Shown here piece by piece: positions 24,306 through 37,075 of a DNA stretch of 64,000 nt. Position numbers and translations under genes: made by a program. The stretch lies in contig NMRA01000277.1 of assembly GCA_002633005.1 (NCBI GenBank), positions 62,001 through 126,000 on the forward strand. The letters are read 5' to 3'. The notes beneath the pieces are model-generated. The model was not told the origin of the DNA, ran no database searches, and saw nothing but the letters and a program-made list of their open reading frames with translations. The number at the start of each line of letters is the position of its first letter. Position 1 is the stretch's first letter. This stretch comes from Phoronis australis. Lineage: Eukaryota; Animalia; Phoronida.

Positions 24306-27300
24306 GTGATAGCACTGCTTTCCAAGACTGAGGGCCCTTTAAACACATGTCTTAAGTTGAGCGCTATTTTGCGCTTTCTTAGCCAGTTTTTTCTATTATT
24401 TAATCATAAACTGAAGACACGTCAATGTTTGCTTCATTTCAACTGTCAAATCAACCTTCATTCCCAAGCTACTTTGAAAACCTATTAGTTCATCGTTCCA
24501 TTTAAAGGAATACATCTTTAGCCCACGTGTTGATCAGGGAAATATTTGAAATCGGTCCACAAAACTTAATTCGGAGTTTGAAATACGGTTAAGCGTCTGC
24601 GTCCCCATACTTTATTTGCTGTCAACTGAAGAGTGTAAAGTCTTCATTAGCAAGGCTTAAAGCGGTTATAAACCCTCATTACGCTCAATAAGACAACCTT
24701 TGATTTAAACCACTTACCGCTATAAAATTGACGTCAACTTTTTCCTAACTCAAAGGGGAAGTGAATTCTGATGTTTGCAAAGAACTGACAATCGGTTATT
24801 CCTTATGACCGTTTTCGGCGTATTTAACGACACGCCGCAACAAACCAACGTGAATAGCCTGGTCTCGAGAAATAATCGAACTGATAATTCTGAAATCACC
24901 TCCTGTTTGTCATGTTTGACTAAGGAACAATTTGAGACCATAACGACAAATAAGCTGTCTGACCGTGGTAAACTTTTGAAAACAACAAATTTAATGCTCA
25001 AAAGTAATCATGTTTCCTATAAGGCTCCATATACATGCGAACTGCCTTTATACGCGAGTGTACGGTTAAGACATAACTACGTATATGAAAAATAAGTGAC
25101 TGTTGCTCAATATGTTTTGTAAATACTTCACTGATTAACAAAACTTAATGTAAGCGATGCCTTTTCAGGTTAGAGACTCAATGCGCATGTAGAAAGATGG
25201 CGCAATGAAACGCTGTAGTCAACCGGCCAAATTTAAAAAGTATTTTGAAAAAGTTTTGATGGCATAGCCGTGCAAGAAGCAGACGACACACATCACAATA
25301 ACTTAGAGATATCAATAGGGGTTGTCAACCTCAATATTGCGAATTAGCAACGCTATTAACGTTTTAAATAGATGTCATTCTCTTTAAACTCGCCTTAAGG
25401 AAATGTTCAGCTAAGCAGGTCATTCTAAGTCATCGAGTAAGCACGACTCCCTTTGGTTAATGTATGGCTGATGTGGTTTACAGTAGCCAATAAAAAGCAA
25501 GGTCACATAACAACCTTCGTATGTCTGCTTCAAGGGAAGCAACTTGTGATTAATGTGATTATCTGTTTCAAAATTTCACAGTTTAGAATGTTCGGTTTAA
25601 TTACATACTAATTATGTTACACATGTCCAATCTCTTGTAATAAATACAGAACGCTGTTAATTTCTATTCAGGAAGTGGTCAGCGTTACTTTTTAAACCCA
25701 AGCAGTCTCTGACAGACAGTCATGTTCGATTCATATGATTCAGTACCATTCGCATTGGGACTTGTCAGTTAATTTGTGTTTACTGTTTTCAACACTGCAT
25801 TCAAGTTGTTTTTTAGTCATGACTCCTCGTCTACCTAAAAACAATCAAACGTTACCATACTAAGAATTTGCTGATGGCACTTCAGATCAAGAGATTTGTA
25901 TACTCATTTGACCGTATGACGTATGTCATAACGATCGAGGCTGTAAAGAGACTTGTGCTTTCAAAGTACAAAAAGCTAGAATTGCCTGGCAAAACAATAT
26001 TCATTTTCTGAAGATTCAAGCACGAAATTACCCATTAAAGCAGTGCGAAAAAAAGACACTGAAGACTTAAAGTTTTCTCAAAAGTTTCTATATTAGGCCA
26101 TGGTATTATGGGCGAAATAATGCATATTTTGGGAATGCTAAAAATGCAACCATCCGGAGTATAAGGCAATAAGTTTGTATTTAACTTTAAGCCAAGCCAT
26201 AACATTTCTACAGATATAAGGCCCGTCGTTATTTTCCTTGTGTTTTCTACCAGTCAGCCATGATTTGTACTGTCACAATTAATACAGCATTGATTGAGGG
26301 AAGGCGTTTAATTAAAATATTGATATAAGTAATAATGCAAACCAGCAAATGTTGCCACGGTTACAATAGAAACATAAGTCGAAATAATGCGTTTCCTAGG
26401 AAAAGTTGGCCTTTTATTAGAGTATAAGTCGATAAAGACATTACTTCATATGTAGGAAATTATGGTATGCACTGACAAGTTCTTGAGTATACTGAGTACG
26501 ACAGACAATACAAGTCCAATCAACAGAACAATATATTATTTGACTTGCTATTTTTACAAAATTCCCCATTTCAACCTAGTACATTGGCAACTTGCGAACC
26601 TGAAGTATTTTATTTACAATGGAGGCACATGTAATCTCTTTACCTGAAATTGAAAATTTTGTCAAAGGCAGCACAATTACCAACTATTGAAAAAAGTACT
26701 AAAATCGACGTTTATCATTAATTCATGAATTTTTACGCAATGAACGAATAATGTAGCTAGTTGTGTTTGAGAACAGTACAAGTGTGGTTTGGTAATAGCA
26801 GTAGGCAATGGGAATTCTTCGGAAAGGTGGAAAAGATTTCATTGCAAATTATTTGATGATTTTTGTCATTTTTATCCATTTTAAATTTGCGTTATAAACT
26901 ATTTCAATGTAATTTTAGAATAAATATTAAGAAATGATTGATATTATCGCTAGCTAAACTACATACGCAATAAAACAAAAGCAAGACTATGCCAGGAATG
27001 TTTCGGAATAGGTGTCGTTTGTCACTGCAACGCATATGGAAAAATTAACAGTAAACACTGTAGCACCGTCAGCGACCTCGACTTGAATGGTTGTGGTGGA
27101 ATATACACATTAGCTGTTATGGCCACAGGTATTGGTAATTATGGCACACCTTTGATAAAGCCAACCACAAGTATTTGCTTTATTCATGTCAATCCTTTGT
27201 AGGCCTTTTATGCAGCTTTTACGATCTCACGGAAGCATTTGACAGGTTTTATCAATTGCCACGGCAACTAGTTGTGGGTTTTCAAAGTTGTGCTACTGTT

Positions 27301-28418
27301 TTGACATGTCAGCCATAAATCGGTTTTAGTTATTTTAATTTATGGAAATGTATTGCATTAGGTGTACGCACAATTTACGTTGTAAAAAGATCATTTCCTT
27401 ATTTGGGAGCATGACTTGCATTGGCTTCCATTTTTGGATTTTCAAAGGATCCAACTGGTTATGGTATATTTTTGATAGAACAAACAGTGATTGCTTTAGG
27501 CCATTTAATTTGTGTACCTTCAAGCTTGGCAACTTTCCGTAAGTTTTTAGGGATGACCACAAAAGTGGTGTGACCATGGTTGCCCGGTCCATCGAGAATT
27601 GTAAGGCTTAAAATTAAAAGTTGGTGATCCTGGCCATGCCTGATTACCAGGGTAACGATACCCAATTAAGCTTAGCAACATCCCAAAGTTTCAAAAAGTG
27701 AAAGTACAGTCGGCAAGGTTGTCAGCTTCGTCATACCTGATTTTAACTGGGAAAATGCCTGGTTACCATGGGGACGGTGCTTATTATAGCATGGCAATCC
27801 ACTAAGTTTCAAGGGAGGGCATGGTTGCCTGCTTCTAACACGACTTTGACAACAAATCTAAAATTGCTGATTTTGACCGGCTGACTACAATATCGATCAT
27901 CTGAGAATTTTCCTCTCCTCAGGTAACGAATATGTAAGTTGAGGAAACGCGACCAACCTCAGTATAATTATGTAGTTTGCGGACCCGTGGCTCTACAAAT
28001 AAGGTGACAGTGAAACACCAAGATAGTTACGGAAAGAAGCGAGGTTTTGAAGACTAGAGGATCGTTATCTGTATGTCTCGGAGTCTCAATTCGCATTGAA
28101 AAGTTTTACAATAAAACTTAATTATGTGTTTGTGCTCAATTTTTAACAGTGTATTAGCAACTCGAGTTCTGATTTCATCAAAATATTCCCAGCCGAGCAA
28201 TCATGGGTGAGTTTTCGTCTGTGAATGACCAAGGATCAACGCTACAGAGGCAAAATAACTGCGTGCTACATAATGCCCAACGTGTCACCTCATTTCGGTT
28301 TTTAAAAATATTGCATCAGCAGACAAATTCACGGTAAAATGATAAATTTAATTAATGAGAGCTATGCAGTTATCTTCTGCTGAAGAGTCGACGATTTTAA
28401 TTGCCTGAGCTATAAAGT

Positions 28419-28999
28419 GCCAAAGGGTTCGTAAAGAAGTACCTTTCTGCGCGTAAAAAGTTTCTTTAAACCCACAGAATACGTCACTGTACGCGTATGA
28501 ATACTCACTTCATTAAGTAGAATAAGGATGTTAAGCAACTTTTTTGATACAAACCAGTTTCGAAGATTACAGCCGAGCAAGTTCAACGAAGGTGCTACTG
28601 ACCTTACGAGTAACAAATAAACTATGAATTCAATATTAACCTTAAGTTTCTGCTTAAGAATGGAATTCATTCAACGACTTCGGAGACAGCGCTAACACTA
28701 CCATTATTCTATACTGTTGTCGTGCTGATTTGGCAACCCCAGTAGTGGACTTTTATCCCAACAGACCGATGGGAAACACTTACTAGGACGCTGCGGAACC
28801 TTCATCATACTTGTATACTCTTGTAGATTGGACATTATTCACATCGCGTTCTGAACTAAAGTACGTGCACCGTAAACGCGTACCTAAACTTCATTGTTCT
28901 TTGTAGAATGACCATTTCTTCGCGTAGAGTAACCAATTCTTCGCGTTGAATAAGCACATTTTAACGCGCAGAAAGGCATTCGTTTAAAAACCCTCTGGC
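28419..28999. mobile_element. MITE-like element with ~40-bp imperfect TIRs and subterminal ~19-bp repeats
   Basis: GCCAAAGGGTTCGTAAAGAAGTACCTTTCTGCGCGT versus reverse complement of the right end GCCAGAGGGTTTTTAAACGAATGCCTTTCTGCGCGT; TTCTTCGCGT repeats at about 28916-28946. No clear TSD. Confidence 0.55.
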
Positions 29000-30342
29000 C
29001 TAAACATTGAAGACGTCATGACATATGGAAGCAGCCATCTCATGGGGCGGCTCATGAATCGTCACTTCTTATTTACCATTTTGAATGTTTCCGCCGAAAC
29101 AGTTCACGACAGATAGAACTAAAAATCACCATATCACAGGCCATCGCAATAGCGGAATATTGAAAATGTAAAAAAGATGTTTAACCGCTAAGGACGCCGA
29201 ACCAGAAGTAATTTTAATCAGTTCCTATTTGCGGGCACACTACGGCAGACACTGCAGCAAAATACTCGTGTGTTATGGTGAAATTACTTTTGTTCTTATT
29301 GTTTTTATGCGGACAATAATTATCAGTTCAACAACTTGAAGACGGCCCCGTATTACAAAAGAGATTTCTATACGGAACCGTCCTATTGGCGGTTTCAAAG
29401 GTGCGTTTATTTTCCACATTTCGTGTACTCCCGCATTATGTCAAAAACAGCAGACACTCCAGAGGTCTAATTAACACTATGTTTGCTAGAAGGATAATAT
29501 TTTTATTAGTTACTTAAAACTAACGACATTCGTCAACACGTAAAAGTATCTTATCCATTGCTTGATTAGTAACATGCGGTTAAGGTTTATGTACACATCT
29601 TACAGCTATATGTTGTATCGTTTCCACATACTGAGAAACTAAATCAATGGCGGATGGGGGCTCGATGGCATCTAATTTAAACCATAAGCTCGAACGCTTG
29701 CATACCAATCAACAGAATCACCACCAACGCATATAACAATGTTGAAGTGTAGTAATTTTTTTTTACTCAAACAACATCTGACGACTGGATATTGTACAAT
29801 AAAGTTACGCAGGATGAATCAATTAATTTTTAAAATGTATAATGTGAACTGGATTAAACTGTCAGGAAACTAAAGCCTTTGACAATGATGTGCTGAAGCA
29901 AACAATGTCAGGTTAAGATTTCTCGGGCACTCGAGCTACAGAAAATGCTGGGGCTCTAGACATTACATTTCTCCCTTTCATATCATTTTAGAACCGCCGC
30001 CCGGTCGCCACAACGTTTACTTAAAGGACCCATGTAACGATGAGACGGGTTCCCTATTTCGTGCACTGCTTGTTCACTTGTTTAACTTAAGGGATTGTTA
30101 CACGGTCACCACAGCAGTTTTTGAATAGGCTCTCTTGGGACGAGATGGGTTTCCTGTTTTGTGGGGATACAAAGGTGTAGCATTGTTTGGATAGTCCGGC
30201 ACTGAAAACACGATGATGCAGCCCGACCAGTGTCGTATCGGTGGTCTTCTCGCAGGAAAAATTAACCTTGTAATATGATGAATACTGTTAGTCATCCAGT
30301 TGATTAGATAATAGAGACAGAACGAACTAAATGCTGGCATTA

Positions 30343-30544
30343 CGGATTGAGTTGGTTAGGTTGGGTCCTCATCCCGAGGATTTCGGCAGGCCACTGAAGT
30401 GCCATGTGACTAATCATGTGATCAACAGTACACGAGTTTGCGCTGAAGAGTATCCCGCGCAAACAGTCCTTTCGATCACATGAGTCACATGACACATCAG
30501 TGGAAGTCCTCGGGATGAGGACGCAACGTAGCTAACTCAATCCG
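30343..30544. mobile_element. Foldback MITE with TA TSD (Tc1/mariner-type)
   Basis: Inverted arms of about 70-80 bp (CGGATTGAGTT..GTCCTCATCCCGAGGA..CATGTGATC) flanked by TA at 30341-30342 and 30545-30546. Confidence 0.85.
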
Positions 30545-32871
30545 TATTCATTCCGATTCATTTTTTCTATATATACTAACTGAAGTAACCTTGTAATTAA
30601 AGCGATACGTCACCGTACATCACGTGGTGAAAAAAGATTAGACGGGAAGAAAAATCATATCCTGCACATGTCTGCGACAGTAGGCCTTACTGTCAAAATC
30701 AACAAAAATCAGGTGCTTGTGGCCAAGGTTCCTCCTTGGCAGCTCCTCATTAACTGTAATGAAGTTATTAGCTCGACCGATCCACGGCACTTGACGAAAG
30801 CGTCTAACGAAGTCCAGGACTAACAACACCATAGCACAATAACTGATTTTGTAACCATCCTAAAGAAAGTGAAGCCATCCTAATTGCTAAATTCTCAGGC
30901 GGTTAAGCAAACATTGCCGCATCACATACACCGGTCAAAATGCAATCGTTAAAACAAGTTGAACTTCAGTAATCACACGCTCTTTCTGTAACTCCTCAAC
31001 TTTGCGGCATCAATTTTTTTGGCTAGAGATAACACGGCTATTTACGTGTGAATTTATACGCTGTGCATTCTTTATTACCGCGACAACTGTTAACAACCTT
31101 CCTTCAGTAAGCACTTAAGGAGAAGGAAGTTGCGTATGCCCTCAATACATTTCACCCTCGTACGGACTCTACGGATTAGAATCACATCTATTTAGTCAAC
31201 ATTATGTAGCAAGGACCGATCAAGAACCTAGTGCGACCGGTTATCGCTCGGTCATGATCCACAACTCCAAGTAAACATTGTTGGGGCATTTAGCAGGCGC
31301 TACAAATGTGGGTGAAAAGTGTTCCCGACAGCCCATTCACTCACGAAAATTCACGTGGGTTACCAAAGCAACTGATTAATTTTATCACGAAAGCAGGTGT
31401 TCATTTAAATATACTCACATGGATACACCATCAATATTCTTGATTTTCAAGGCTTCTAAATTATTTGAATTTCATAATCTAACCATCAGTGTTATTAATC
31501 GTGTCCAGTAGGTGACGTCAACTCCATGCAATGTTCGCCTACTTCTATTAAGAAAGAATTCGCAAGATTGTTTACTCACGACTGTACGTATTTTCTCACA
31601 AATTACTTAGGTCAAAATTTTGTATAAGGTTTCATAAAACGACTGAATATTGGCGAACGAAAAACATTTGGTAATAGTTTTTGTATAATAGAAAGGCTTT
31701 TGCGTTTTAATGTTTGGCTATGAAACACGCACTATTGTTTTTTTGTTATCTGGCCCCAGGGTCGTCGCGTTGGCTTTCAGCGAGTTGCCAATGGGAGGCA
31801 ACTTCCACACAGGGGAGGCGATTCTTAATTTGTGAGAGGTGACTGCAGGTGATTGATGTAGCAGAGTGGTTTTCAAAGTTCATAGCGAGCAAAACATTTT
31901 CTCAATAAAACATCTCAAGGTGCTATCATGACAAGTAAGTTCTCACAACCCTACATCTAACCAATAACTTGAACCCGACGCCTGTAGTACCGGCATTTCA
32001 CAAAGAACCATTTAATGATGCGCTCCCCATTCAAATTTCACTGCATTCGTTGGGGATATTAAAACTACTCTTATAAAGGGTGGTGTACATATGCCAACCC
32101 CACCGCGGTAATTAGGCCGTTTACACAACATAGTTTGGGAAATATCATCAAAGAAACAGCTGTTTACAGCGCGTTATTTCTATTTTTCTGTTGTATTTAA
32201 CAGCATAGTACAGCCGGCATAGTACTCGTGCCGCTTGGGAAAGGAGATGTAGCGCGTTTTTGCTGGCACGTTCTATAGTAGCATAAGCGCCAATAAAGTG
32301 TACAAGTATCACTTTTACTGGAGCTTGGCTGAAGATTTGATTAACCCCCAAAACTGTGCTGCCGTTTTCGATAGCACTTTTGTAGATAAGCACTTAAAAG
32401 CAGGCAGGCCGCTAACTCCTGTCAATTTAAGGACTTTCTCATGCGCAGTGATAACACGCATTTGCTTATTTTCGCATTAATGTTTACGTCAGAGAGTGAA
32501 CCGTGTTTTGACATCAATATTCCCTTAAAAAGACATGGGTGGTAAGGAAACAAACTAACTGCTGGCGAAAATGACCCCTTCGGAGACAGCTCTTCTGTCT
32601 GAGTTTTCGCCTACCATGTGAACCCAGTATTGAACTGGACACACCAGTTGTGGGACCTCCTCAATCAAACAACCTTTGCGTCCCAAAACAAACTAAGACG
32701 TACTATAATCTATGTTTAAAGAAACTAGTTAAAAACTAGTAAAGAAGAAAGAATATCTTACGGTTAATGCATAACGTGACAAGATAAACGGAAGGCCTTC
32801 TCATATAAGGCGGTCGTAGCATGGTGATACTCGACAAGTCCCCGCGGTAGGGGTCAGGGTGCGAGACTAAC

Positions 32872-35800
32872 TGTGTATAAATAACTTATTGATAAGCTAA
32901 ACAATCACTCCTCTCCCCAGAAGAATAAACACCATGCACGATTCTCATTCCTTGCCATGCGTTCACCAACAACTGAATCCACAATGTCATATTCAGCCAG
33001 GGTACATGAACAGGCAGTGAATTGCGAGTTCCCGGAATAAGGTGAACGCATCACTGAACAGCTCGTGCAAACATCCACCAATATGGAGCTGACCACGAAA
33101 GGTATTAATAGACGAGTTCCTCACTAAAGCAAGTACGTTGGAAGACATCTTTTCTCACGTGATATGCGTGAAACTGACCTAGTCACGACAGTAAATCACC
33201 ACAAACATGACCGTGGCAGATTTGCGCGTAAATCATTTGGCTGCAGACCAAACAATGACCGTAGTAAGAAGACTTTTGACCCAAACAAGGACCGTGGGAA
33301 GAAGCCATTTGACCATAAAACGGCACCAGCATCCTAAAAATAAGAATACCGACAGAGTAACCGATACTCAGTGTGGTTTATGTGGATGATATTATGCTCA
33401 CCACCAAAACATCCCATGTCCGGCAAAGGTTAAAACTTGTGGCAACTGTGGCAGGTTAAATTATTTTACTCACATGCACAGAGGTAATCCTCCATCCTGA
33501 CCAAGCAAACATGCTCAATCTCTAGACACCGACAACCCTGACCGTTACCCGGAGTCAGACGATGACTACCTGTTCGCGATGTCAAACAAAGCAGCAGACC
33601 CACCCCTCTTTGACGTGGCCATCACGGAGTCACCCTGACCACTATGACAGATTCCGGTGCATCTGTCAATGTTTTGAATGAAGTCGATTACCTCCAGTTG
33701 ACCGGCCCTCCTGATCAAGTACTTCACAAAACCAATGATTATCCCTACATGTCACTCATGCCTCTTAACTAACGTTTTGGGTGAATTTCAAGCAACGGTA
33801 TCTCATGGCATCCATGCGTGCAGGGCTATACTTATCGTCGTAAAGAGTCCTAGTACCTCCTTATTGATTGGGCGACCTCCCAACAGCTCAAGCTACTTGC
33901 ACGTGCCAATGCCCTATCTGACAACTCAGATGTTTTTGCTGACTTCCTGGAAGTGACTGGTGGCACGGAAGTGTGTAAGTGCGATCCAGTCAAAGTCCAT
34001 GTAGACCCAGTTGTAAAACAAGTCATGCAACCACACCGCAAAACCCCCTTTCATGTTCGAGCGAAAGTAGAAACTATAAGCGCAACGAATTTGAAGAATC
34101 TGACATCATCGAGAAAGCAGAAGGTCCAACGACATGGATCCCGCCAATCGCTGTTGTATCCAAAGTCAATATCCCCGATGAAATTCGAGTATGCATAGAC
34201 ACGCGAGATGTCAGCAAAGCCATCATCAGAGAGCGTCACACAATACGTGACGACGCTGTAGCTGACCTCAATGGTTGCAATTAGATATTCAGCAAAATCG
34301 ACCATCATTAAGGTTACCAGCAGATTCTGCATCACCTTGACTCCATACACCTTACAGCATTTTTCACACGCACAGGCCTACTGCGATACAAGCGACTAAA
34401 CTTTGGAGTGTCCCGCTCAGCGGATTAGGAAATGTTCAAAAAGATCATTAGTGAGACCATTGTCAATATCCTTGGAACAAGAAACATCAGTGATGACATC
34501 TATGTACATGTAAGTGGCAGGAACCTCGAAGAACATGACAAGGGTCTACGAGCTGTTTTAACTCGTCTTTAAGGGAAGGACCTCCGAATCAACCAAGCCA
34601 AAAGCGAGCTCCGCATGAACAGCATGTTATTATTTGAACATTCAATCACTGCAGATGGACGTTCGCCTGATCCGAACAAAGTGAACGTGATTCAGTCACT
34701 AGCACCCCCAACCAATGTGTCTGACGTGCAAAGTCTGCTTAGTTCTACGGCCTTCTGCGCCAGATACGTCAAAGATTTTGCCATTATCACCCGACCACTC
34801 AGACAGCTCCGAACTAAACCCAGCCCTGGAAATGGGAGACAATGAAGCGAAGGCTTTTAATGACTTGAAGCATGTATTATCAGAAATCACCACGCTGGCC
34901 TACTTTGACCCCAATAAGGAGACAATCATCTAAGTCCAATCGGTCTAGGAGCGGTGCTCATGCAAAAAGGGGCAGAAAATGTCGCTCCTGTCGCTTGCAC
35001 TTAGCCAAATACCCCTTGAATGCTATAAAGTCACAATACCCTCATATAGACCGTGAGGCGCTTTCCATATACTGAACGATCAAACGGTTCCACTTAAACA
35101 TGCATGGTAAACACTGCAGACGTCAAAACCTAGCGCATGAGTTGAAGGTTGGCTGCTAAAACTGCAACGGTACAAGAGTATCAGTCCGGTAAATACATTC
35201 CCGCAGATTACGTTTCACGACAAAGCAAGGGCACAGTGAGTCATAGGAACTGAGACGAAGCACCTGTTGATCGTTATGTGCTCATTCTTGCCAACTAGGT
35301 GGTACCCATGGCGATGACCCTGACTGATATCCAAAGGGCTACGACTGAAGACTCAACCCTGCAAGCTGTACTCGAATATCTCAGAACAGGCCAATGAAAG
35401 AAACATCCGCCTAATGTGAATTCAGACGATCTGGCCAGATGTCAGACGACTAAAGAAGAGCTCAAGAGCTCACGTACACACCTGAGCACAAGATACTGAT
35501 GAAGCCAAGGCGTGTTCTCATCCCTACCTCATTACAAGCACGAACCGTCGATACGAGGGACACCTCGGCACAGCCAAAACCAAATTCCTAGGTGTGGGTT
35601 CTTTTCATGAGTCGCCTCATCGAGCAAATCGTTAAGTCGTGTTTCAGTTCCCATTGATGGCAAAACTGTGTTGATCTTCATCGACGACTTCACAACAGTA
35701 AGATCATCCGTGATGAGATTTTTTGCCACTTTTAGTTGAAATCTGTAATGAACCATCATTCAACAGTGATGATTTCGCAACATTCGCATCGGTTTTAGGC

Positions 35801-36270
35801 TTCCAGCATCGCAAAGTAACGCCTCTGTGACTCAGAGCTAACCGAGAAGTGGAGCGATTCCTGAAGAAGCGTGTGAAAATTGCTCGTTCTGAAGGATTAT
35901 CATTTCTAAGAGCTTACCTATCAACCCCAAACTACACAACAGGGTTTTTTCCACCCAACATGTTCCTGAAGATAACAGTGTGCACCAACCTGCCCCACCA
36001 TTTAATGTCTGATAACCAACGAGATCTTGGGGCTGTTGGCAAGCGCGACTATGCTCAAAAGTTGAAAATGAAAGAATATGCATGTATGTGAAGTCCTGCG
36101 AACTCAAAATTGGCGACACAGTCCTGGTAAAGACCCTACATAACCTTTTAAAGGAGGTTTATCCTTCCAACCGAAGCCCTTGAAGGTGGAGTTTATCAAA
36201 GGATCATAGTTAGAGCCTTCAACGGTGAAAGGCACGTAGTCAGAAACTCTTAGTCTATATAAGAGGATCC
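32872..36270 (+). pseudogene. gag-pol pseudogene of the Gypsy element
   Basis: Motifs listed above are interrupted by many stops, frameshifts and deletions. Confidence 0.88.
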
Positions 36271-36659
36271 CGCCGAAGAATGATAACTCTCCAGGTGGCA
36301 CTGTATCCGATGACTTTACTGCAAATCCCAAACCTCCAAATTAGTCTGACCCTGTTGGCGTGAAAGGCTCTTCGAGCCGTAGTGACCTGCAGATGAGTGT
36401 TCACACTGATGAGTCAACCGATGATCAACCAACACTCTGGAGGTCTACAAGGAAACGTGAACCTACCACAACAGACTCATAACTGAGATTACAGAGACCG
36501 TTCCAACAACGTGGACAAGTGAATTCTGAACAGTGTTTACTAAGGCCTTAATAAGAGAAAGTTAAAGTGAGTACTTTCGTGATGAATGATGTTCATTTGG
36601 TTCCAGTTTAGTTACAGTAGTTTGTGTTCACCAACATCTCTTCTAAGAAGGTGATGGGA

Positions 36660-36789
36660 TGTAACAACCTAGTTTTTATAGCTAGTTTATTACAAGCGCA
36701 CATGTTAACAGTAGTATTGCGTAATCACATCGTTTGCAAGTCAAATAAATAGTAGACTTTAAAATCGAGGATTACCAATCCACAAAACA
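36660..36789 (+). repeat. Putative 3' LTR (~130 bp)
   Basis: Begins TGTAAC right after the purine tract AAGAAGGTGATGGGA, contains AATAAA (36744-36749) and ends ..AAACA. No matching 5' LTR seen. Confidence 0.55.
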
Positions 36790-36839
36790 TCAAAACCTCT
36801 TGACTCATTTTTGCTCAATAGTTTTGACAGTCTAATGCA

Positions 36840-37075
36840 CTGTCTGTTCGTAGTAATTGCATGCGAATGGTCGTTTTGGGGCAAAAATGCTGATTTGGTG
36901 TATTGTGTACGTCTTTTTTAGTAGACGGCTGCACCTGCGGTAGTCATAAAATAGAATTTTGACTTTGAAATCAGTTTTAAAGGACTTTAAAGTCTTCGGC
37001 ACAGTATTTTGTTTCTACATGTATGTTCAGGTTTGATAGCCCCAAAACAGCAAAAACTGTTGAGTGTCACCTTAT
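36840..37075. mobile_element. Non-autonomous DNA-transposon-like repeat, copy 2 of 3
   Basis: TAGTAATTGCATG..GATTTGG.GTATT..TTGACTTTG.AATCAGTTTT..GTTGAGTGTCACCTTA is shared with 50545-50830. Confidence 0.7.

Larger units (their letters stand above)
32870..36789 (+). mobile_element. Decayed Ty3/Gypsy LTR retrotransposon, 5'-truncated
   Basis: gag (PQKNKHHARF..AVNCEF; CPAKVKTCGNCGRLNYF), protease DSGAS (33650), RT (PHRKTPFHVR, IIEKAEGPTTW, IRVCID, YKRLNFG, NISDDI), RNase H (LAYFDP, YPHIDREAL), integrase remnants, PPT and 3' LTR. Order PR-RT-RH-IN. Confidence 0.92.

Noticed and set aside
23853-24346. ORFs spanning the gap
   Set aside because: Artefacts of translating N.
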